A stretch of 64,000 bases of DNA from Nitrospirales bacterium (GCA_965223295.1 CBDCWC010000002.1:384001-448000); one strand, 5' to 3'. Positions 1-11,933 are shown, numbered from the stretch's first letter. The notes: generated by a model from the sequence alone, not told the origin. Numbers and translations: made by a program.

Positions 1-216
1 ACCCAGAGCCGCATGCAACCGCTGACCAATGTAAAGCGTGGTCGGGTGATCGATCACAGCTTCCGTCGCTTGAGTCCGTGTCTCCGGAGACGGTCTCAGA
101 AAGCCTTCTTCTTTCAGGCAGCGGAACACCTGTTCCAGGACCGCATGACTATACGAACGTCCCTTGATAAGTTGGTGTTTCGTTTGAATTGTTGGATGCC
201 TGAAAACAGGGGGCAT
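1..216 (-). CDS. Hypothetical protein, 5' part only (runs off window start)
   Basis: Own translation: ATG at 216, open to position 1 (MPPVFRHPTIQTKHQLIKGRSYSHAVLEQVFRCLKEEG...). Co-oriented with the upstream minus-strand run. Confidence 0.4.
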   Translation of the reverse strand, partial: MPPVFRHPTIQTKHQLIKGRSYSHAVLEQVFRCLKEEGFLRPSPETRTQATEAVIDHPTTLYIGQRLHAALG

Positions 217-330
217 CTTTCGGTCGAATAGTTGATACTGCGGCTCATACGATACGTAAAACCTACTAGGTGGTGTCAGGATGATATACACGAAACAATT
301 GGCTAGGGCCTTGTTTTGATTGCTGTATAG

Positions 331-1536
331 TCATTTGGCAATCGTGATACTGGGAGGTGCGGCCTTTAGTTCTTCTGTCACGGTCATTTGATAGAGTTGA
401 TAGAGCAGGCGAAAGGCTTCTTGATTCCAGGATTCATCCTCCTGGTCACTAAATGAATAATATTCTCCTTCATAAGTAGCCACTAAGATTGCATCTTCCG
501 GTAGTGTCTTTGTTTCAATAATCTCAAACGTTCGAACTGGGTTTTCGGTCACATCTCCAGTGATAGGATCGGGGTCCACATGGTACTCGGGTTCTTCCTC
601 CATCGTGCGACCAAGAAAATTCAGAATGGTATGAAAACTTCGAAGGCGAAAATCGCCATGGATTGGAAGCTCGCCACCAGGAAAGCCCGGTCGAATATCA
701 ACCAATAAATCGTTTGGCGGCCAGCGCTCGGCTTTTTTTTGTAGAACAAAGCGTTCATCGGGAGAGAGCAGATCAGGGTCATAATTCGTAATGACGATGC
801 GCCCCACGATGCGTTTTTGCAAGATATAGGTGTTTGTGGCTGTGTCATAGGACACCTGATATTCTTTTTCCAAGGTAGAGAAGTCTTCCCCAGACAATCC
901 CGAGAAGGGAATGGTCCATTCACGTTCTAGGACTAACGGCTCCACGTATAATTGATTTGTGTCCTGTAATTGAGATAAATGCAGAACGGCTCGACGAAAG
1001 ATGGGGTACCCCATTTTGTCGGAGGGCCTATTGTAATAGGCAATTTCCCCTTCGCCATGAAAGATGCGCAGTTCTTCAGCCATTAATCGTAACAGTAAGT
1101 CAATGTCGACGCCTTGACGAAGAAGGAGCGTCAGTTTGTATTCTTGTAATGGGGTGAGGAGGCGTTTGGTAAAATCTTCTCCGTCAATTGGTGAAATGCT
1201 GATTGTGGGGTTTTCGGCAACACTCGTTCCAAAAAGAGGAGCGAGAGAAAATCCTCCATCGACTCCGCCGAGTGGAGGAGTGGCGCCCGCGTTCGCGCGA
1301 AAATCAAATGTTGCCGCAATATTGGATACGCCCGTAAAGTGAATGGGCTGATGGTGGTGGGCTCTTGCAATGTTGATTAGTAGTTGCTCCACCATTGTGT
1401 TTGTGACGGCATAGTCATAAGCCACGACAGCTTTTTCCATAGAATAAGGAGACAGGCATCCCGAAAGGCTGAGCAGCAGACAGCCAATGAACAGAACAAG
1501 TTTCAGGAGTGCTCTTAGGGTATTATTTGTGTCGAT
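331..1536 (-). CDS. Conserved hypothetical lipoprotein; start extended beyond the ORF track's 1440
   Basis: Frame upstream of 1440 stays open and encodes a hydrophobic stretch and lipobox (KLVLFIGCLLLSLSG|C). SD TAAGGAGG at 1543-1550 lies 6 nt before an in-frame ATC at 1536. Confidence 0.7.
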   Translation of the reverse strand: MDTNNTLRALLKLVLFIGCLLLSLSGCLSPYSMEKAVVAYDYAVTNTMVEQLLINIARAHHHQPIHFTGVSNIAATFDFRANAGATPPLGGVDGGFSLAPLFGTSVAENPTISISPIDGEDFTKRLLTPLQEYKLTLLLRQGVDIDLLLRLMAEELRIFHGEGEIAYYNRPSDKMGYPIFRRAVLHLSQLQDTNQLYVEPLVLEREWTIPFSGLSGEDFSTLEKEYQVSYDTATNTYILQKRIVGRIVITNYDPDLLSPDERFVLQKKAERWPPNDLLVDIRPGFPGGELPIHGDFRLRSFHTILNFLGRTMEEEPEYHVDPDPITGDVTENPVRTFEIIETKTLPEDAILVATYEGEYYSFSDQEDESWNQEAFRLLYQLYQMTVTEELKAAPPSITIAK

Positions 1537-1607
1537 AATTTGCCTCCTTAATCCTGTTGTTGAAATGACGGAATGACGACCATCAGAAAAATCCTATGGT
1601 CACATAA

Positions 1608-4331
1608 CTATTCTTTAGTGGGATATTGTTCCATGAGTTTTGCTACCAGCGCTGTCCAGCCAGTTTGATGATTCGCGCCAAGACCTGCTCCGTTATCTCC
1701 ATGAAAATATTCATGGAATTGAATAAGCTCTTTCCAATTTGGATCGTTCTGAAACTGGTGAATGCCCCCATACACAGGCCTGCCATCATGTTCATCTCTG
1801 AGAAAAATCTCAATGAGACGGTGAGCCAATTCGCCTGCAACGTTCCAAAGTGATGCATAATGGCCGGATCCAGTGGGGCATTCAATCGTATAAGAGTTTC
1901 CGAAGAAATGATGGTATTTCTGAAGAGACTCAATCAAAAGATAATTCACGGGAAACCATATCGGACCACGCCAATTGGAGTTGCCACCAAAATCTGGCAC
2001 GGTTGATTCAGCTGGTTCATATTTGACTTGAAAGGTATTGTCATTCGCCTGCAACATAAAAGGCGCGTCGTGATGATATTTCGACAGTGAGCGAATGCCA
2101 TAAGGCGATAAGAACTCCTGTTCATTGAGAAGGGCACGAAGGACGCGTGGGAGGCGGTTCTCTCCTACGATGGATAGCATGCGCCGAACCTGTCCATCCC
2201 GATGCATGCTTGTGGCAACATGACGCTGAAATTCTGGCCGATTCTCTAAAAACCAAAACATGCGCCGCCTAAATTCAGGCAAGGCATCAACGATTTCGGA
2301 CTCAATCGTTTCGACAGCAAAGAGCGATATTAATCCGACGATGGATCGGATCTTCATTTTTTTGTGCTCGCCATTGGGAAGATGTAGGACATCGTAATAA
2401 AATCCATCCTGTTCATCCCATAAATCGAGGCACTCGTCTCCTTTCCCATTGATGGCATGGGTGATGTAGACGAAATGTTCGAAAAATTTACTCGCGGCTC
2501 CTTCATACACAGGATTCTCCTTGGCCAACTCCAACGCTATCGCAAGCATGTTGAGACAATACATTCCCATCCAGCTTGTCCCATCGGATTGATCAAAATG
2601 GCCTCCTGTCGGCAGTTCTTTTGAGCGATCGAAGACTCCAATGTTATCCAAACCGAGAAATCCACCTTGAAAAAGATTTTTTCCATCGAAATCCTTACGA
2701 TTAACCCACCAGGTAAAGTTCAGCAGCAGCTTGTGAAAGACCTGTTCCAGAAAACTTCGATCGGCTTTCCCTTTGATGCGTCTGTCGATCTTATAGACTC
2801 GCCAAGCCGCCCAGGCATGGACGGGAGGGTTGACATCATCGAAGGACCACTCATATGCCGGGAGCTGACCGTTAGGGTGCATGTACCATTCACGTAAAAA
2901 TAAGAGGAGTTGTTCCTTGGCAAAGTCTGGGTCAATGAGAGCCAGAGGAATGCAATGAAACGCTAGATCCCAGGTGGCGTACCAGGGGTATTCCCATTTG
3001 TCGGGCATGGAGATGACATCGGCGTTATACAAGTGTGTCCATCTGCCATTGCGGATCTGGTCTCGTCTGGGCGGGGGCGGGGGACTGCCTGTATCACCTT
3101 GGCTCCAAGTCCGGACATCATAGTGGTAAAACTGCTTTGACCAGAGCAGGCCTGCAAAGGCTTGCCGTTGGATACGCTCTTCGTCAAGAGACAAATCGTG
3201 TGAGCGTATGGCATAGAATTCATAGGCTTCTGCTTTTCGTTTGGCAAAGGTTGCATTGAACGTTGCCTTAAATAGCGCTGCTGTAGGAGACTGATTGGTG
3301 AGCCGAAGTTTGAGTGTAGCCTGTGAATGAGGTGAAATGTGTAGTTGATAGCAGGCAGCAGCTTTTGTGCCGATTTGATCAGGGTGAACAGCGTGAGGTT
3401 CCTTCTGGATGAGATAGCGATGAAATGCATCTTTGACGTAGGGGGTGGGATTAGGTGAGCCCCATAGGCGTTCTCGATTGGACTCGTTTTCAGTAAAGAG
3501 CAGTTCTGGGTCGCCGTCACACGCCAACCATCGTTTTCCGAAATAGCCATGTTCTGCCTCAATAGCGACGATGTCTTGCGAAGCGTCGTATGTTCGTAGA
3601 GCGGGTTTGTCCGTACCAGTCCCCCATGACCAGGTATTGCGAAACCACAGCGTTGGACAGAGGAATAAAGGGGAAAGCTCAGCTCCACGATTGAAGGCAG
3701 TGACTTTGATGAGAATATCTTCCGGGGTGGATTTAGCGTATTCGATAAACACGTCGAAATACCGATTCTCTTGAAAAATTCCCGTATCCAACAATTCGTA
3801 CTCATGGTCGTTTCGACTTCGTTTGTGATTTTCTTCAACAAGTTGTTGGTAGGGAAACGCCTGTTGTGGGTACTTATAAAGAAATTTCATGTAGGAGTGA
3901 GTCGGTGTGGAATCGAGATAGAAATAGTATTCTTTGACGTCTTCTCCATGATTGCCTTCCCGATTTGTCAGTCCGAAAAGACGTTCTTTGAGTATAGGAT
4001 CTTGGCCATTCCACAGGGTCAAGGCAAAACAGAGATATTGGTGGCGATCACAGAGGCCACCAAGGCCATCTTCCCCCCATCGATAGGCACGTGAGCGTGC
4101 ATGATCGTGAGAAAAATATTCCCAAGCTGAGCCATCCGCACTATAATCCTCGCGTACGGTTCCCCATTGTCGTTCACTCAAATAGGGGCCCCAGCGTTTC
4201 CAATGTTTCTTGTGGTTGTTTGATTCTCTCAACCGTCGTTCTTCCGAGGTCATTGGTGTCTTTCTGGATGAGTTTCTTTGTTGTTTCTTTTGTTTTGAAA
4301 CTCTTTGGGCCATACCTGAATTTCTTGCCAT
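1608..4331 (-). CDS. GH63 / MGH1-like glycoside hydrolase (glucosidase)
   Basis: 907 aa. [44 protein letters not shown] and [22 protein letters not shown] are motifs typical of this family. Confidence 0.9.
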   Translation of the reverse strand: MARNSGMAQRVSKQKKQQRNSSRKTPMTSEERRLRESNNHKKHWKRWGPYLSERQWGTVREDYSADGSAWEYFSHDHARSRAYRWGEDGLGGLCDRHQYLCFALTLWNGQDPILKERLFGLTNREGNHGEDVKEYYFYLDSTPTHSYMKFLYKYPQQAFPYQQLVEENHKRSRNDHEYELLDTGIFQENRYFDVFIEYAKSTPEDILIKVTAFNRGAELSPLFLCPTLWFRNTWSWGTGTDKPALRTYDASQDIVAIEAEHGYFGKRWLACDGDPELLFTENESNRERLWGSPNPTPYVKDAFHRYLIQKEPHAVHPDQIGTKAAACYQLHISPHSQATLKLRLTNQSPTAALFKATFNATFAKRKAEAYEFYAIRSHDLSLDEERIQRQAFAGLLWSKQFYHYDVRTWSQGDTGSPPPPPRRDQIRNGRWTHLYNADVISMPDKWEYPWYATWDLAFHCIPLALIDPDFAKEQLLLFLREWYMHPNGQLPAYEWSFDDVNPPVHAWAAWRVYKIDRRIKGKADRSFLEQVFHKLLLNFTWWVNRKDFDGKNLFQGGFLGLDNIGVFDRSKELPTGGHFDQSDGTSWMGMYCLNMLAIALELAKENPVYEGAASKFFEHFVYITHAINGKGDECLDLWDEQDGFYYDVLHLPNGEHKKMKIRSIVGLISLFAVETIESEIVDALPEFRRRMFWFLENRPEFQRHVATSMHRDGQVRRMLSIVGENRLPRVLRALLNEQEFLSPYGIRSLSKYHHDAPFMLQANDNTFQVKYEPAESTVPDFGGNSNWRGPIWFPVNYLLIESLQKYHHFFGNSYTIECPTGSGHYASLWNVAGELAHRLIEIFLRDEHDGRPVYGGIHQFQNDPNWKELIQFHEYFHGDNGAGLGANHQTGWTALVAKLMEQYPTKE

Positions 4332-4672
4332 TGGGGTGTATCTCTTATTCTGTCAAAGAAATCAAGCTATGGAAACTGCTGGCTCATATTCCAATTTTCT
4401 ATCATGGTTCCATGAATAAGGAGGAAGACAGTTTGAATGGTTGAGAAGCAGACAAGCAATGAACATGACGAGATTGAAAAATATTCGTATATTTTTTCCT
4501 GTGTTGATAGATCGCTTCTTTTCTAAATCTACTCAACAAGAAACAGAAGAACCAGGAGAGGCTATCCTGCTCACGGTTGGTCGCTACGCAATGTGAACAG
4601 GATAGATCCATATAATACAATCTAGGGAAAAGCGTGATTAGTTCCCTAACCATGGGCTGAAGAATTTGCCAC

Positions 4673-5626
4673 TCAAGCGAATGGTTTTTTGAGGACGACT
4701 TTTACGCCGGCAATCGTTCCGGTGACGGCGTCGCGAACCTTTTCGCCTGCCGCTGAACTGATTTCACCAGCGGCAGTTAAGGCACTGGTCGCAGCTTCTG
4801 ATGCCGCTTCTGTGGTATTCACGCCGATTTCCTTGGCTCCTTCGATAGCGCCTTCGACGGCATGCTTGGCGGTCTCACCTACATCGCCTCCTACCTGGCC
4901 AACGGCTTTCACCATTGAACTTGCAGTATGACTCACAGTATCAAGAACTTTTCCGCCAACCTCCTGAGTGCCTTGTATGGCTCCTATCATGGAGTTTTTT
5001 ACTGTAGAGGCCAGATCTCCGCCAAGTTCAACGGTGGCTTTCACCAAACCTCCTGCCGTATGCCCAATGGTGTCAACTGCTGTTTCTCCGATTTCTTTTG
5101 CGGCATGTGCCGTCCCCACGAGGGTTTCTTTCACTGAGCCGCCTAATTCTCCACCTACCTCTGTGACTCCCTTGACAATAGCCGTAGATGTTTTGGTCAC
5201 GGCATCGACGACATTCTCCCCCATGTCTTTTGCGCCCACAATTGTCCCTTGAATAGCTCCCTTAGCTGTTTGGGCGATATCTCCTCCAAGATCCGAGGTG
5301 GTTTTAATCAACGTGGTCGTGCTGGTTCCGACTGCATCTAGGGTATTGGTTGCCACATCTTTTGTGCCTCCGACAACGCCTAAAATCACGCCTTTGGCGG
5401 CTGCCCCGACTTCTCCACCAACTTCCACTATTCCCTGAACTGAGCCGATGATCGTGTTTTTAATCAAGTCACCTGCCTCACTTCCAATGTCTTTCGTGCT
5501 TTTAAGCGCTGTGACTAAGGAGCCGCTCACCGTCTCTACGGTTGCATTGGTCACGTCTCCAACACCTTTAATTGCTTCAATAAGGCCATCTTTGGCTTTT
5601 GCAATGAATGATTGTTGGTCTGACAT
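4673..5626 (-). CDS. Gly/Ala/Val/Thr-rich 22-residue tandem-repeat protein (paralog A)
   Basis: 317 aa with 13 consecutive 22-aa units. SD AGGGAGG upstream. Ungapped paralog at 19877. Confidence 0.85.
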   Translation of the reverse strand: MSDQQSFIAKAKDGLIEAIKGVGDVTNATVETVSGSLVTALKSTKDIGSEAGDLIKNTIIGSVQGIVEVGGEVGAAAKGVILGVVGGTKDVATNTLDAVGTSTTTLIKTTSDLGGDIAQTAKGAIQGTIVGAKDMGENVVDAVTKTSTAIVKGVTEVGGELGGSVKETLVGTAHAAKEIGETAVDTIGHTAGGLVKATVELGGDLASTVKNSMIGAIQGTQEVGGKVLDTVSHTASSMVKAVGQVGGDVGETAKHAVEGAIEGAKEIGVNTTEAASEAATSALTAAGEISSAAGEKVRDAVTGTIAGVKVVLKKPFA

Positions 5627-5806
5627 GGTATACCTCCCTTGTGGCTATGATGATAGGATGCTGAATGACGAAATGCTGAAAAGAATCTTTCGTGAGAATG
5701 ATATGTGGTTCATAATCTGTTTTTTTGTCTGTTTCACGTGTGTTCGATTGCTAGCATTTAAATATTAAATCATTACTTTATTTTTTAGGATTCAACGCAA
5801 TGTGTA

Positions 5807-8800
5807 CTAATTATTCGATTCCGGTGGTTGACCTTTTTCCTCCTTGGGTAGAGGAAGAGTGATAATGTTCTTTAACATGTCGATGGGGACTTGGGCTAAC
5901 CCTTTGATCCCTCCAGTGAACGAATCGATAGGTCGATAGGTCACTTCAGGTTTGGTTCTTGGACCTTTTACTTCAAACAAAGCTGTTAATAATCCCTTTC
6001 GCTCGCCTTTCATAAGAGAGCCAAACAGTGGGATATCTTTCAATAGATTAGAATAGGCTCCAAATGGACTGACCGCAATCATGCTTTCCAAATTTTCTGT
6101 GGGAATGTCATAGCTGCCGGCAGCCGTGAGTTTGATGACGGGGCTCTTTAAGGCCAAATTATCGGTCGTGAGAAGCCCTTGCTGAATGGAGAAATCTCCT
6201 GTGAGATCATCATAGGGAAGGCCTTCTTCTAAAAGGTTCACCTTGCCCATTAAGAGGCTTGGAATATTCAAGATCCCCAGAATTTTGGATAGCACCGGCC
6301 CGGTTTGAATTTTTCCTTTATGTAGTTGAACCTTACCTTTTCCCGTTAATGAACGTTGCATGTATTCCGGACTTTCCAAGTCCATCGACAGTGAAGTGGT
6401 CAATGAGGTTGTTCCAGTCAATTGTGGTGAAGAATCCGATTGAGCCATGAAAAGGCTTTCGATAGGAATTTCATTGAGGGTGATTTCTCCTTTCCCTTTC
6501 TGGTTTTTCTGGGCCCACTGGATTGAAGTTGATTGAAGGTTTATTGTTTCGTCTGACTTTATACTTTGTGCAGTACGGTTGCTTCCTTCTACTGATCCCT
6601 TCATCGTCCAAGTTTTCCAATCCCAGTTCTTTCCTTCTAGCCCCCACTTGACACCCAAACTGGTAAGGCGAAGGTTTCCATCTCCCAGGATGACTTTGGG
6701 AGGCAGGAGCGCTCCTGTTCCGCTTTCAGTTTGGAAAAACCCGCGAATAGATGGGGGGTCTGACCATACCAGTAGACCTTGGGCTTCTAGAGTATAAGGA
6801 AGGAGAGATAATGTCCCCTGAGTCATGCGGATGGACTGGTTATCTCGCACCGTGCCCTTTGCGTTGAATATTGCCGGGATCCCTGCAGGCTTATGTATGA
6901 TGCCTTTGACGGTCAGCGTCATTGGGGTGAGATCAACATTGGCCTGATACTTGGTGTGCTGTAGAGATCCTGAGAAGGACATAGTGCTGTCGATAGTTCC
7001 ATCGAGAGTCGAGAACGTTTCAGGAATAGAAGGGTAAAGAGCTTTAAGGTCAGATGAGGTAAGTTGACTTGTGATTGAGAGATCATTCGATTGAGAGTCT
7101 TTCCCAAATGACCATTGCCCTTTGATGTCTATCGGACTTTCGCCAAGTTGTCCTTTAAAATCTTGAATACGTAGGCCTTGGTTATCAAAGGATACGTGGC
7201 CATTGAGTTTTTGGAGTGCCAACCCATCTGACGCGGGAAAAAGATGAATGTCATCTAGCAATAATTTTGTCGCCAAAACTTGGAGTTGAGAGGGCTTGGC
7301 CAGAGAACCTTGTATATGTGTCGAGAACTGAAGGCTCCCCCGCGCATCATGATAAATGGTCAATGGTTCAAGGCTTGGTAGGTTACGAGGATCGCGCTGC
7401 AAGGCCTGGTAGACATCATGGGCTTTTAACGAGCCATTGCCATAGAGATCTAGCCAGATATCAGAACCGTTCCATTCAAGCGTGGCTTCTTTGACGAATA
7501 GCTGAGAAGCTGCGATGCTTCCTTTCACATCTACTAGCCGAACCAGATTAGATTCAAAGACAATTCCACCAGAAAGATTTTTCATCTGAGGGTGGTTTTG
7601 ATCGACCAAGACTTGCCCATCGGTGACTCGAAATACTCCCTCGGGCATAAGAGAGTTGGCGTCATCGTCTTTCCACGTCACTGATCCGGTGCGAAGTTCT
7701 ATTTCCCCGTCAATTTGTCGTTCGGCTAAAGTGGTACCAAGGGAAGCGGGGAGCCAGACATCGGGAAGTAAGGTCGAAAAACGTTGAATGGAGATTGGTG
7801 TGGATGATCCTGAAACAGTTAGCGTGGGCGGCATTGTCTGATTTGAGGTGAATTCTAGGATTCCGTGAAGTTTCCAGTCTTGTTCGGAAATCTGAAAATT
7901 GGGAATCTGAAGATCAAGAGCACCATGTTCTTGAAGTGTGAGTGATGCATGAGGAATAGAAATGTTGAATGGCGAGACCTTTCCCTGGACCTGTGAAAAT
8001 TGGAACGCAGAAGGAGTAAAGGTAATGGACCCTGAGATATTACGTATCAGGGGTTGCCCGACAGCAGGGAGATATTGACCGTTTTTCACCTGCAGAATTC
8101 CTTCAGCATTCGATGGGCCAATGGAAGCTAGAGGAATCTGAAAAGATCCCTGCTCAAGTTTTACAATTCCCCTGACTTGATGGTTATGAAGAATCGTCTT
8201 GACGTTTTCAGGTATCCAATCAGGTGGTAAGAGATTGGAGAGTTGTTCAAGAGCAAGAGGTGACGATGATCCTGAGATGTCTAGTTGCGGCGAATCCTGA
8301 AGCAAATCAGCCAGCAGACCCTGGCCGGATAATGTCCAATCGTTTAAGGAAATCTCAAACTCTGAGACTGTCAACAGATCAGTGTCATTTTGCAAGGCGT
8401 ATGAAACGTTTCCTAGAATGTTTGCAACGGTAGAAAGTGGTGGGTCCAATACCTGCTCATTCACAAACTCAACCAAGCGACCAAGGTTCAGTTGTGATCC
8501 TTCAATGTGTCCTTGGAATTCGAAGATGGGCGTCGTATCGTCCTCGATGAGGAGAGATTGATCTGATTCGAGAACTGTGAGCTTTCCATTAAGTGCAAGT
8601 GTGGAAGAATATTCTGGGTCTGCAATCTGTGCTGATAGGTGAATAAGAGAAGGCCCTTCGGTTGTTGTTTGCGTGATCGTGAGTTGTATCGGTTCGACAT
8701 CGAGCGCTGGTATTGTTTGGGCCTCAGACGAGGGAAGCAGGTGTAGGTGCCCGTTACGGACAGCCAATTCTTCTATGGCTGGCAAAGGTTCCGTGCTGGG

Positions 8801-9205
8801 TTCTTCGGAACTCTTGAGCAGCGAGATATCTATCGTCACATTGGGTTCATCGAGTGTGATGTGGTTGACTCTAAGAGTTTTCTGCCAGAATGATTGCCAG
8901 CCAATGCCTACGTTCAAGTGGTCGGCCTGGAAGGACACGTGCTTTGAGTCCTGTGTTTCAAATGTTACGCCTTTGGCGTCAACGGATGGAGAGGGAAAAA
9001 GGTCAAGGTTGAGAGATTGAATTTGAATGGGTCCACCGAGAGTCTGTTCAAGTTGGGACATCAGTGATGTTTTTATCCACTCCGTGTCAGACAAGACCGT
9101 AAGCGTGAAGATTATGATTCCTAGCACCAAGAAGCCACAGATGACGCTACCCCAGACGACACGGGGGAGCCAGGAAGAGAACGGGGCTGTGTGTGGTTGT
9201 TTCAA
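5807..9205 (-). CDS. AsmA-like (YhdP/TamB-type) envelope protein
   Basis: N-terminal TM anchor, long beta-rich body, AsmA_2-type C-terminus (LPYDDLTGDFSIQQGLLTTDNLALKSP...IPLFGSLM...FEVKGPRTKPEV). Confidence 0.8.
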   Translation of the reverse strand: MKQPHTAPFSSWLPRVVWGSVICGFLVLGIIIFTLTVLSDTEWIKTSLMSQLEQTLGGPIQIQSLNLDLFPSPSVDAKGVTFETQDSKHVSFQADHLNVGIGWQSFWQKTLRVNHITLDEPNVTIDISLLKSSEEPSTEPLPAIEELAVRNGHLHLLPSSEAQTIPALDVEPIQLTITQTTTEGPSLIHLSAQIADPEYSSTLALNGKLTVLESDQSLLIEDDTTPIFEFQGHIEGSQLNLGRLVEFVNEQVLDPPLSTVANILGNVSYALQNDTDLLTVSEFEISLNDWTLSGQGLLADLLQDSPQLDISGSSSPLALEQLSNLLPPDWIPENVKTILHNHQVRGIVKLEQGSFQIPLASIGPSNAEGILQVKNGQYLPAVGQPLIRNISGSITFTPSAFQFSQVQGKVSPFNISIPHASLTLQEHGALDLQIPNFQISEQDWKLHGILEFTSNQTMPPTLTVSGSSTPISIQRFSTLLPDVWLPASLGTTLAERQIDGEIELRTGSVTWKDDDANSLMPEGVFRVTDGQVLVDQNHPQMKNLSGGIVFESNLVRLVDVKGSIAASQLFVKEATLEWNGSDIWLDLYGNGSLKAHDVYQALQRDPRNLPSLEPLTIYHDARGSLQFSTHIQGSLAKPSQLQVLATKLLLDDIHLFPASDGLALQKLNGHVSFDNQGLRIQDFKGQLGESPIDIKGQWSFGKDSQSNDLSITSQLTSSDLKALYPSIPETFSTLDGTIDSTMSFSGSLQHTKYQANVDLTPMTLTVKGIIHKPAGIPAIFNAKGTVRDNQSIRMTQGTLSLLPYTLEAQGLLVWSDPPSIRGFFQTESGTGALLPPKVILGDGNLRLTSLGVKWGLEGKNWDWKTWTMKGSVEGSNRTAQSIKSDETINLQSTSIQWAQKNQKGKGEITLNEIPIESLFMAQSDSSPQLTGTTSLTTSLSMDLESPEYMQRSLTGKGKVQLHKGKIQTGPVLSKILGILNIPSLLMGKVNLLEEGLPYDDLTGDFSIQQGLLTTDNLALKSPVIKLTAAGSYDIPTENLESMIAVSPFGAYSNLLKDIPLFGSLMKGERKGLLTALFEVKGPRTKPEVTYRPIDSFTGGIKGLAQVPIDMLKNIITLPLPKEEKGQPPESNN

Positions 9206-9261
9206 AATATTGGCTGTGCCCTCTTTGTCAAAGAGCCACGGGAGGGTGGAGAACTCCAGAG

Positions 9262-9984
9262 TTACGGTACATCTTCGGTTTTTTCGTTATCTTGTAGTTT
9301 AGAAATGGGGTTCGGATCTTCAAACGGGCCAATTAAGTTGGTGCGGTGAAACTCAATGAAGAATAGGACCGTGTATTCGTTATAAAAAGTGAGAGCCTGT
9401 AGCCAGGGAGTTGAACGTAGAAATTGACCAGTGGCGGTTTCAAAGATATCCAACCGGAATCGACTGAACCCTGATTGATATTGAGCCGCATATAATGAAA
9501 TTTCTGGCAAGGAGAAGGGAATTAATACACTCTGAACGGGAGGCATGCCAAAGAATGATCGACTTTGTTCCGTGCCTAAACTTTGAACCAAGATTTGAAT
9601 GTGGTAGGAAGCCTCTTGACCATCCAGTGCAAGTCGCAATCCCTGTTCTCCTAACCAGCGGCCAACGGCGCCAATGAGAAAGCGGTGTTCGCTGGCTAGT
9701 CCAGTCGTCTCCAATTTGATCGTGGAGTCTACAGGAAGTGGAAGAGAGAACGCGTCCTTTCCCTCAAGGCTTTTTTCTATTGCCTGAGTGACGAGCAACT
9801 GCTCAATAGCCGTGGCCTGATCGGGTGTTGGCAGTTCTTTCATGACGGCGCAGCCTGTCGATGCGATGAGAAGAACGCAAAGGACTATGTGGGTTTTTAT
9901 AGCGTGGAGATTCATAGGTCGAGCGAGGAGATCCTGTGGCAGATTGTTGGACGATGCATCGGCACGTTGACACTTGTTACCCAT
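9262..9984 (-). CDS. Hypothetical lipoprotein
   Basis: SD GAGGAGG before ATG at 9984, overlapping the end of the upstream gene. Lipobox-like LLIASTG|C; TAIEQLLVTQAIE motif. Confidence 0.7.
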   Translation of the reverse strand: MGNKCQRADASSNNLPQDLLARPMNLHAIKTHIVLCVLLIASTGCAVMKELPTPDQATAIEQLLVTQAIEKSLEGKDAFSLPLPVDSTIKLETTGLASEHRFLIGAVGRWLGEQGLRLALDGQEASYHIQILVQSLGTEQSRSFFGMPPVQSVLIPFSLPEISLYAAQYQSGFSRFRLDIFETATGQFLRSTPWLQALTFYNEYTVLFFIEFHRTNLIGPFEDPNPISKLQDNEKTEDVP

Positions 9985-11068
9985 GTTCCTCCTCATGAGA
10001 GAGAGTCTCGAGATCCATTTCTTCCTGTATTTCTTCGTGGAATTCGGCGACAACCTTTTCTGCCTTGGCTGTGTTATGCACCTTGGCGATATGAAATAGG
10101 GCATCGCCTTGATTCACGACTGGCAAGCTTGTTCGCCCAATGAGGATTCCAGCCGTTCCTGCTTCAATAAGTATTTCAGTGGTGCCCATCGGATCGGTCA
10201 CTCGGCCTACTTTGTCACCTTGTTTCACTTTAGCTCCCAGAGGTAATAACGACTGAAAAATTCCTCCTGTTGGAGTTCGCACCCAATACGAGGCTCGTGA
10301 AATGACGCTCTTGTTTTTTTTTGGTGGAAGGATTTTCCCAAGCATGCCCAGGGCTTGCATGACATGAATAATTCCTTTCACTCCAAGACGGATAGCCATT
10401 TCATCAAAACGTAAAGCTTCTCCGGCTTCATACAACATGGTTGGAATGTGTTTATCTGTCGCTGCCCTCCGTAGCGACCCGTCGCGAAGGTCAGAATGTA
10501 AAACCAAGGGCGCAGAAAACGAGCGAGCTAATTGTTCCATAACCGGATCTGTCAGGTCTGCTCTAATTTGCGGGAGGTTACTCCGATGAATGGCGCCCGT
10601 GTGGAGATCAATCCCATGTGTGCATCGTAAGACGACTTCTTGCATGAAGAGACGGGCCAATTGAGCCGCCAGAGAACCTTTTTCGCTGCCTGGAAAACTT
10701 CGATTCAAATCTCGACGATCAGGCAAGTATCGTGAGTGAGCCAAAAATCCAAATACATTGACGATGGGGACAGCAACGAGGGTGCCCCGTAATTTATTGA
10801 TGCGGCGTGTTTTGAGAATGCGGCTAATAATTTCCACTCCATTTAATTCATCTCCATGAATTGCTGCACTGATAAAAAGACGCGGTCCATCGTGTTTCCC
10901 ATGAATGATGTGGATAGGGATATCCATTGGAGTATGGTTGGAGAGTAAACTTACGGGTAAGTGTATGCTCCGCCGGGTACCGGGAGGAATGGCCGTGCCG
11001 CCAATTTCAAACGATTGGCGTGATGCCTTAGCCGCGACCGCGGGTCTTTGTTTTATTGGGTTTCGCAT
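9977..11068 (-). CDS. Succinylglutamate desuccinylase/aspartoacylase family (M14-like carboxypeptidase), RimK-associated
   Basis: [22 protein letters not shown] and YEAGE motifs plus a C-terminal biotinyl-like domain. Start moved to MRNPIK (11068). Confidence 0.9.
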   Translation of the reverse strand: MRNPIKQRPAVAAKASRQSFEIGGTAIPPGTRRSIHLPVSLLSNHTPMDIPIHIIHGKHDGPRLFISAAIHGDELNGVEIISRILKTRRINKLRGTLVAVPIVNVFGFLAHSRYLPDRRDLNRSFPGSEKGSLAAQLARLFMQEVVLRCTHGIDLHTGAIHRSNLPQIRADLTDPVMEQLARSFSAPLVLHSDLRDGSLRRAATDKHIPTMLYEAGEALRFDEMAIRLGVKGIIHVMQALGMLGKILPPKKNKSVISRASYWVRTPTGGIFQSLLPLGAKVKQGDKVGRVTDPMGTTEILIEAGTAGILIGRTSLPVVNQGDALFHIAKVHNTAKAEKVVAEFHEEIQEEMDLETLSHEEEHG

Positions 11069-11933
11069 TCTTCTCGATAAATTTGATGATAGCTTTGGCG
11101 ACGTCAATTTGAGTGGCTTTTTCGATGCCTTCCAAGCCAGGAGAGGAATTAATTTCCATGACCACGGGGCCGTGTTTGGAGCGAAGCAAGTCCACTCCAC
11201 ACACATTGAGGCCCATGATACTGGCTGCCCGAGTGGCTGTGGACCGTTCTTCGGGCGTGATCTTGATCACTTGTGCGCTACCACCTCGATGAAGATTGGA
11301 TCGAAAGTCGCCCTTTGCGCCTTGACGCTTCATTGCAGCGATCACCCGATCCCCAATGACTAAACAACGGATGTCAGATCCCCCGGCTTCTTTGATAAAT
11401 TCTTGAACCATGATATTCACTTTTACGCCGCGAAATGCCTCAATCACGGATTTGGCAGAATTGTGAGTTTCGCCTAGTACCACTCCAATGCCTTGGGTGC
11501 CTTCAAGGAGTTTGATGACAACAGGAGCTCCTCCGGCAATCTCAATGACGTCATCTGCAAAATCATCAGAATGAGCAAAGGCGGTGACGGGTAGGCCGAT
11601 GCCCTTTCTGGCCAACAATTGCAAAGAACGCAGTTTATCTCGCGACCGTCCAATGGCTACCGATTCATTAAGAGGCCAGACTCCCATCATTTCAAATTGT
11701 CGTAACACGGCTAACCCGTAAAAAGTGATGGAGGCTCCAATTCTTGGAATAATGGCATCGTAACCTTCCAGTGAGGCTCCCTTATAGCGAAGTTCTGGAT
11801 GATGTGAGGTGATATTCACATACACTTTGGTCGTGTTAATAATATCAATTTCGTGTCCGGCTGCCTCTGCGGCTTCGACCAAGCGTTGATGCGAGTATAA
11901 CTTTGGATTTCGGGCCAACATTCCAATTTTCAT
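11028..11933 (-). CDS. rimK: RimK ATP-grasp L-glutamate ligase
   Basis: 301 aa. [57 protein letters not shown]. Confidence 0.97.
   Translation of the reverse strand: MKIGMLARNPKLYSHQRLVEAAEAAGHEIDIINTTKVYVNITSHHPELRYKGASLEGYDAIIPRIGASITFYGLAVLRQFEMMGVWPLNESVAIGRSRDKLRSLQLLARKGIGLPVTAFAHSDDFADDVIEIAGGAPVVIKLLEGTQGIGVVLGETHNSAKSVIEAFRGVKVNIMVQEFIKEAGGSDIRCLVIGDRVIAAMKRQGAKGDFRSNLHRGGSAQVIKITPEERSTATRAASIMGLNVCGVDLLRSKHGPVVMEINSSPGLEGIEKATQIDVAKAIIKFIEKNAKPNKTKTRGRG

Noticed and set aside
2963-3841. 292-aa alternative-frame ORF and the many antisense ORFs (e.g. 28245-28955, 32351-33013)
   Set aside because: Fully nested in well-supported genes and lacking motifs; shadow ORFs.
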